From Epithemia pelagica (taxonomy: Eukaryota; Protista; Bacillariophyta), in assembly GCA_946965045.2 (NCBI GenBank), contig OX337234.1, positions 1,922,001 to 1,986,000 on the forward strand: a stretch of DNA of 64,000 nucleotides, given 5' to 3'. The stretch's first letter is position 1, and each line of letters opens with the position of its first letter. The notes under the pieces were generated by a model. It was not told the origin of the DNA. It did no database searches and worked only from the letters and a program-made list of their open reading frames with translations. The position numbers were made by a program, and so were the translations under genes. This document shows, in pieces, positions 62,901 to 64,000 of this stretch.

Positions 62901-64000
62901 GGAAGCAGCACTTCAAAAGGGGCAATCAAAGATTACAGAGCTTCAAGGTGAACTTGCCACGGTACGGACAAATTTAGACAAGGCGAACTCCGACTTGGTT
63001 GAAGAGCAGGAAAGGCGACGCACCGAGGTGCAGGAAGCGGAACAAACTTCACAAAAGAGGATAGAAGAATTATCCAAATCGCTCATGGAGAGGGAAGCGC
63101 ATGCTAGAAATCTCCAAATGGAGCTTGATGATACCAAGAGCCAGTTGGTACAAGCACGATCAAGTCTGGCAGAGCAAATAGCTGAATCATCGATGCTGAG
63201 CAAGCAAGAGGACTCCCATAAAGCTGAAAATACTGCGCTCCGGAATAACCTTACTGACAGGGAAAATTTGTGCAATGAGTTGAAGCAAAAGGTCGATGCG
63301 CTTGAAACAGAAGTTGCAACGGCATATGAATCTCGCCTTTCAGCTGAGAATGAACTACGTGATGCACAAGCTAAGTTTGAGAGAATGGAGGCCCAGTTGA
63401 TTCGTGAATCAAAGGAAGTCATGGCGAAGAACAAAGTATCCGAGGGTTCCGCTGTCGGGGAGGAGCGAATCCAGTCTCTGGAACAGGAATTAGCTTCTAC
63501 CGCAGCGAAGTTAGCTGAGGCGGAAAGCAAGTGCGAAATGCTGGAGCAGTTCATCCATGAAGATACATCCTCAAATCTGCACCTTGGATCTACGAAGGAT
63601 GAGCTAGTGGATGTGGTGTCACTGAAAGAGGCGCTAAGGGAAAAAGAACAAGAAGTGGAGCGTTTTCGACAAGCTGCGGAGGCCTCGGCGGATCAGCTAG
63701 CCCAAGCAAGGAGGAATGTCGAGGAACTCGAAACGGAACGGGCTCTCAGCCAAGCAAAGGTGTCGCAACTGTCTGCGACCCTGGAAAAACGGGGAGACGG
63801 GGAACAGAAACTTTACCAGAAGACTATGGAAGCTGCTGAAGCCACCGCGGCTCAAACCGAGTTGAAAGATAAGCTGAATGAAGCCAATGCTGTCATAAAG
63901 AGACTTCAAGCAGAACTTGAAAGCAACCAAGGTCCAGAGGATAGATCAGTCTCAAGCAACACTCAGCTCAGTGTGAGACTCGCGGAAACTGAAGTCAAGA
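59905..64000 (+). CDS. Very large protein: Ser/Pro-rich disordered N-terminus followed by extended coiled coil; 3' end off the window (>1365 aa)
   Basis: Frame opens at ATG 59905 (MVDLMDGLSSPGSK) and appears stop-free to the last base (first ~1.5 kb and the end read codon by codon). It is not in the ORF track because it has no stop. Glu/Gln/Lys/Leu heptad-rich from about 61300. Confidence 0.85.
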   Translation, partial: MVDLMDGLSSPGSKTWNPNMSAHSEVSSHSGKNNLSSTSAFDSIVGQATSDSLSSEAYEKMHVSLDKSTPLKSTDPKTTNVVGHSQQPHTYGASGADVRLRNLSDNTTAMASDSESTNPYHSDEETYHEEGEEGIEVPYAAASSVATTTPLSEVDSNATESKPSSPERPQHEETDASSEPIISSNRSTQDSSSMATPIISNPPGSPRRGMIKPGSIPRRYRTASEDSQSAAGPSSPARAEQAPLSSSVSNKSTSQIGPSPRNERVVRSYSQKPVNASQQTPQQMPTTPDSSSGNTVMAEVLPEKKGRTRPSSAPRTSKGGVFGRSTTPRPPTSPTDFRKPTMGLRRPSLRDSNTNDDKPASRRSWLGSFRGKPVTGKPEALVVVAPDGTASGGGARSLSRGSRSRIENAAEQSESESDVSNLSKQSKPWTPRTVSGPETKAAPEQLFAVKKLVQSLTKDHTAEVNSESADQALRELRSLQTELSTLRAQGNAKQTETERMQMELGAAQKAAAQLESLNKSYRKNQKQMLKDLQDAQAELESYRESNDTAASSSSKEAQHLAEELATTMAELLALREEHKKLLGGKKRPRAASLTNRSDGEALHLSRSSSEEEEALLQQETMLNLQKDLAEAMATISILEENNDIIRKQLKKRDKLEERFKRVQADRDEYAAQLRDQQLAQHAREGGDVQDRAALVTIERLQKEKKQLLVKEHMLKEKIQKLDTKNKNQKAIFQTAVEIKDVEMKINRKERDILAHRLVEIKKDGENSARGEPRSSLARSQPEGASSEREQQMAQQLETKQSEITSLEKMLKEQERESDIRMEEAVADFKRQIAELDEKIKKKEREMGELQDCARLEAFKARRLMDEKVGELQVQLDEYEDRLINREQQIKQLDEQMRVRQAEIERIRTVQQQQQQQRRPSDRPQQGGRSERLSELRNRLDKNESLMRSKVQNIRNFDSPSKSTIASLNDSFSSQERADTSMLDLSSCPDDATIDKLREMEAALQKGQSKITELQGELATVRTNLDKANSDLVEEQERRRTEVQEAEQTSQKRIEELSKSLMEREAHARNLQMELDDTKSQLVQARSSLAEQIAESSMLSKQEDSHKAENTALRNNLTDRENLCNELKQKVDALETEVATAYESRLSAENELRDAQAKFERMEAQLIRESKEVMAKNKVSEGSAVGEERIQSLEQELASTAAKLAEAESKCEMLEQFIHEDTSSNLHLGSTKDELVDVVSLKEALREKEQEVERFRQAAEASADQLAQARRNVEELETERALSQAKVSQLSATLEKRGDGEQKLYQKTMEAAEATAAQTELKDKLNEANAVIKRLQAELESNQGPEDRSVSSNTQLSVRLAETEVK

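Noticed and set aside
1-64000. tRNA, rRNA, CRISPR arrays, LTR/LINE coding domains
   Set aside because: No cloverleaf/T-loop signatures, rRNA-like tracts, repeat-spacer arrays or RT/integrase motifs were seen by eye; tRNAscan-SE/Infernal would be needed to exclude small RNAs rigorously.

Overview
Gene-dense eukaryotic nuclear DNA, most likely from a diatom. This is inferred from bipartite plastid-type leaders (signal peptide then Phe), a SET-aminopropyltransferase-AdoMetDC-like fusion, short GT-AG introns (60-147 nt in the models built here) and diatom-like gene families. The species cannot be determined from the sequence. I can support about 29 protein-coding loci; two are cut by the window edges (a CLC channel at the left, a >1365-aa coiled-coil protein at the right). 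Two loci carry disabling lesions: acetate kinase has an in-frame TAA, and one GPI-protein paralog has a frameshift. There are two copies of a ~0.8-kb TIR element resembling a PIF/Harbinger (Tourist-like) MITE. I saw no rRNA, tRNA or CRISPR. Most notable: (i) two paralogous Zn-finger + apolipoprotein-L-like proteins; (ii) a 1225-aa, probably secretory-pathway, SET + spermidine-synthase-like + two degenerate AdoMetDC-like fusion (candidate long-chain-polyamine machine); (iii) a CRAL-TRIO-like/bZIP fusion; (iv) a WGR-WWE-WGR PARP3; (v) an intact/dead PP2C pair. All family and domain calls come from reading motifs by eye; no database search was run.
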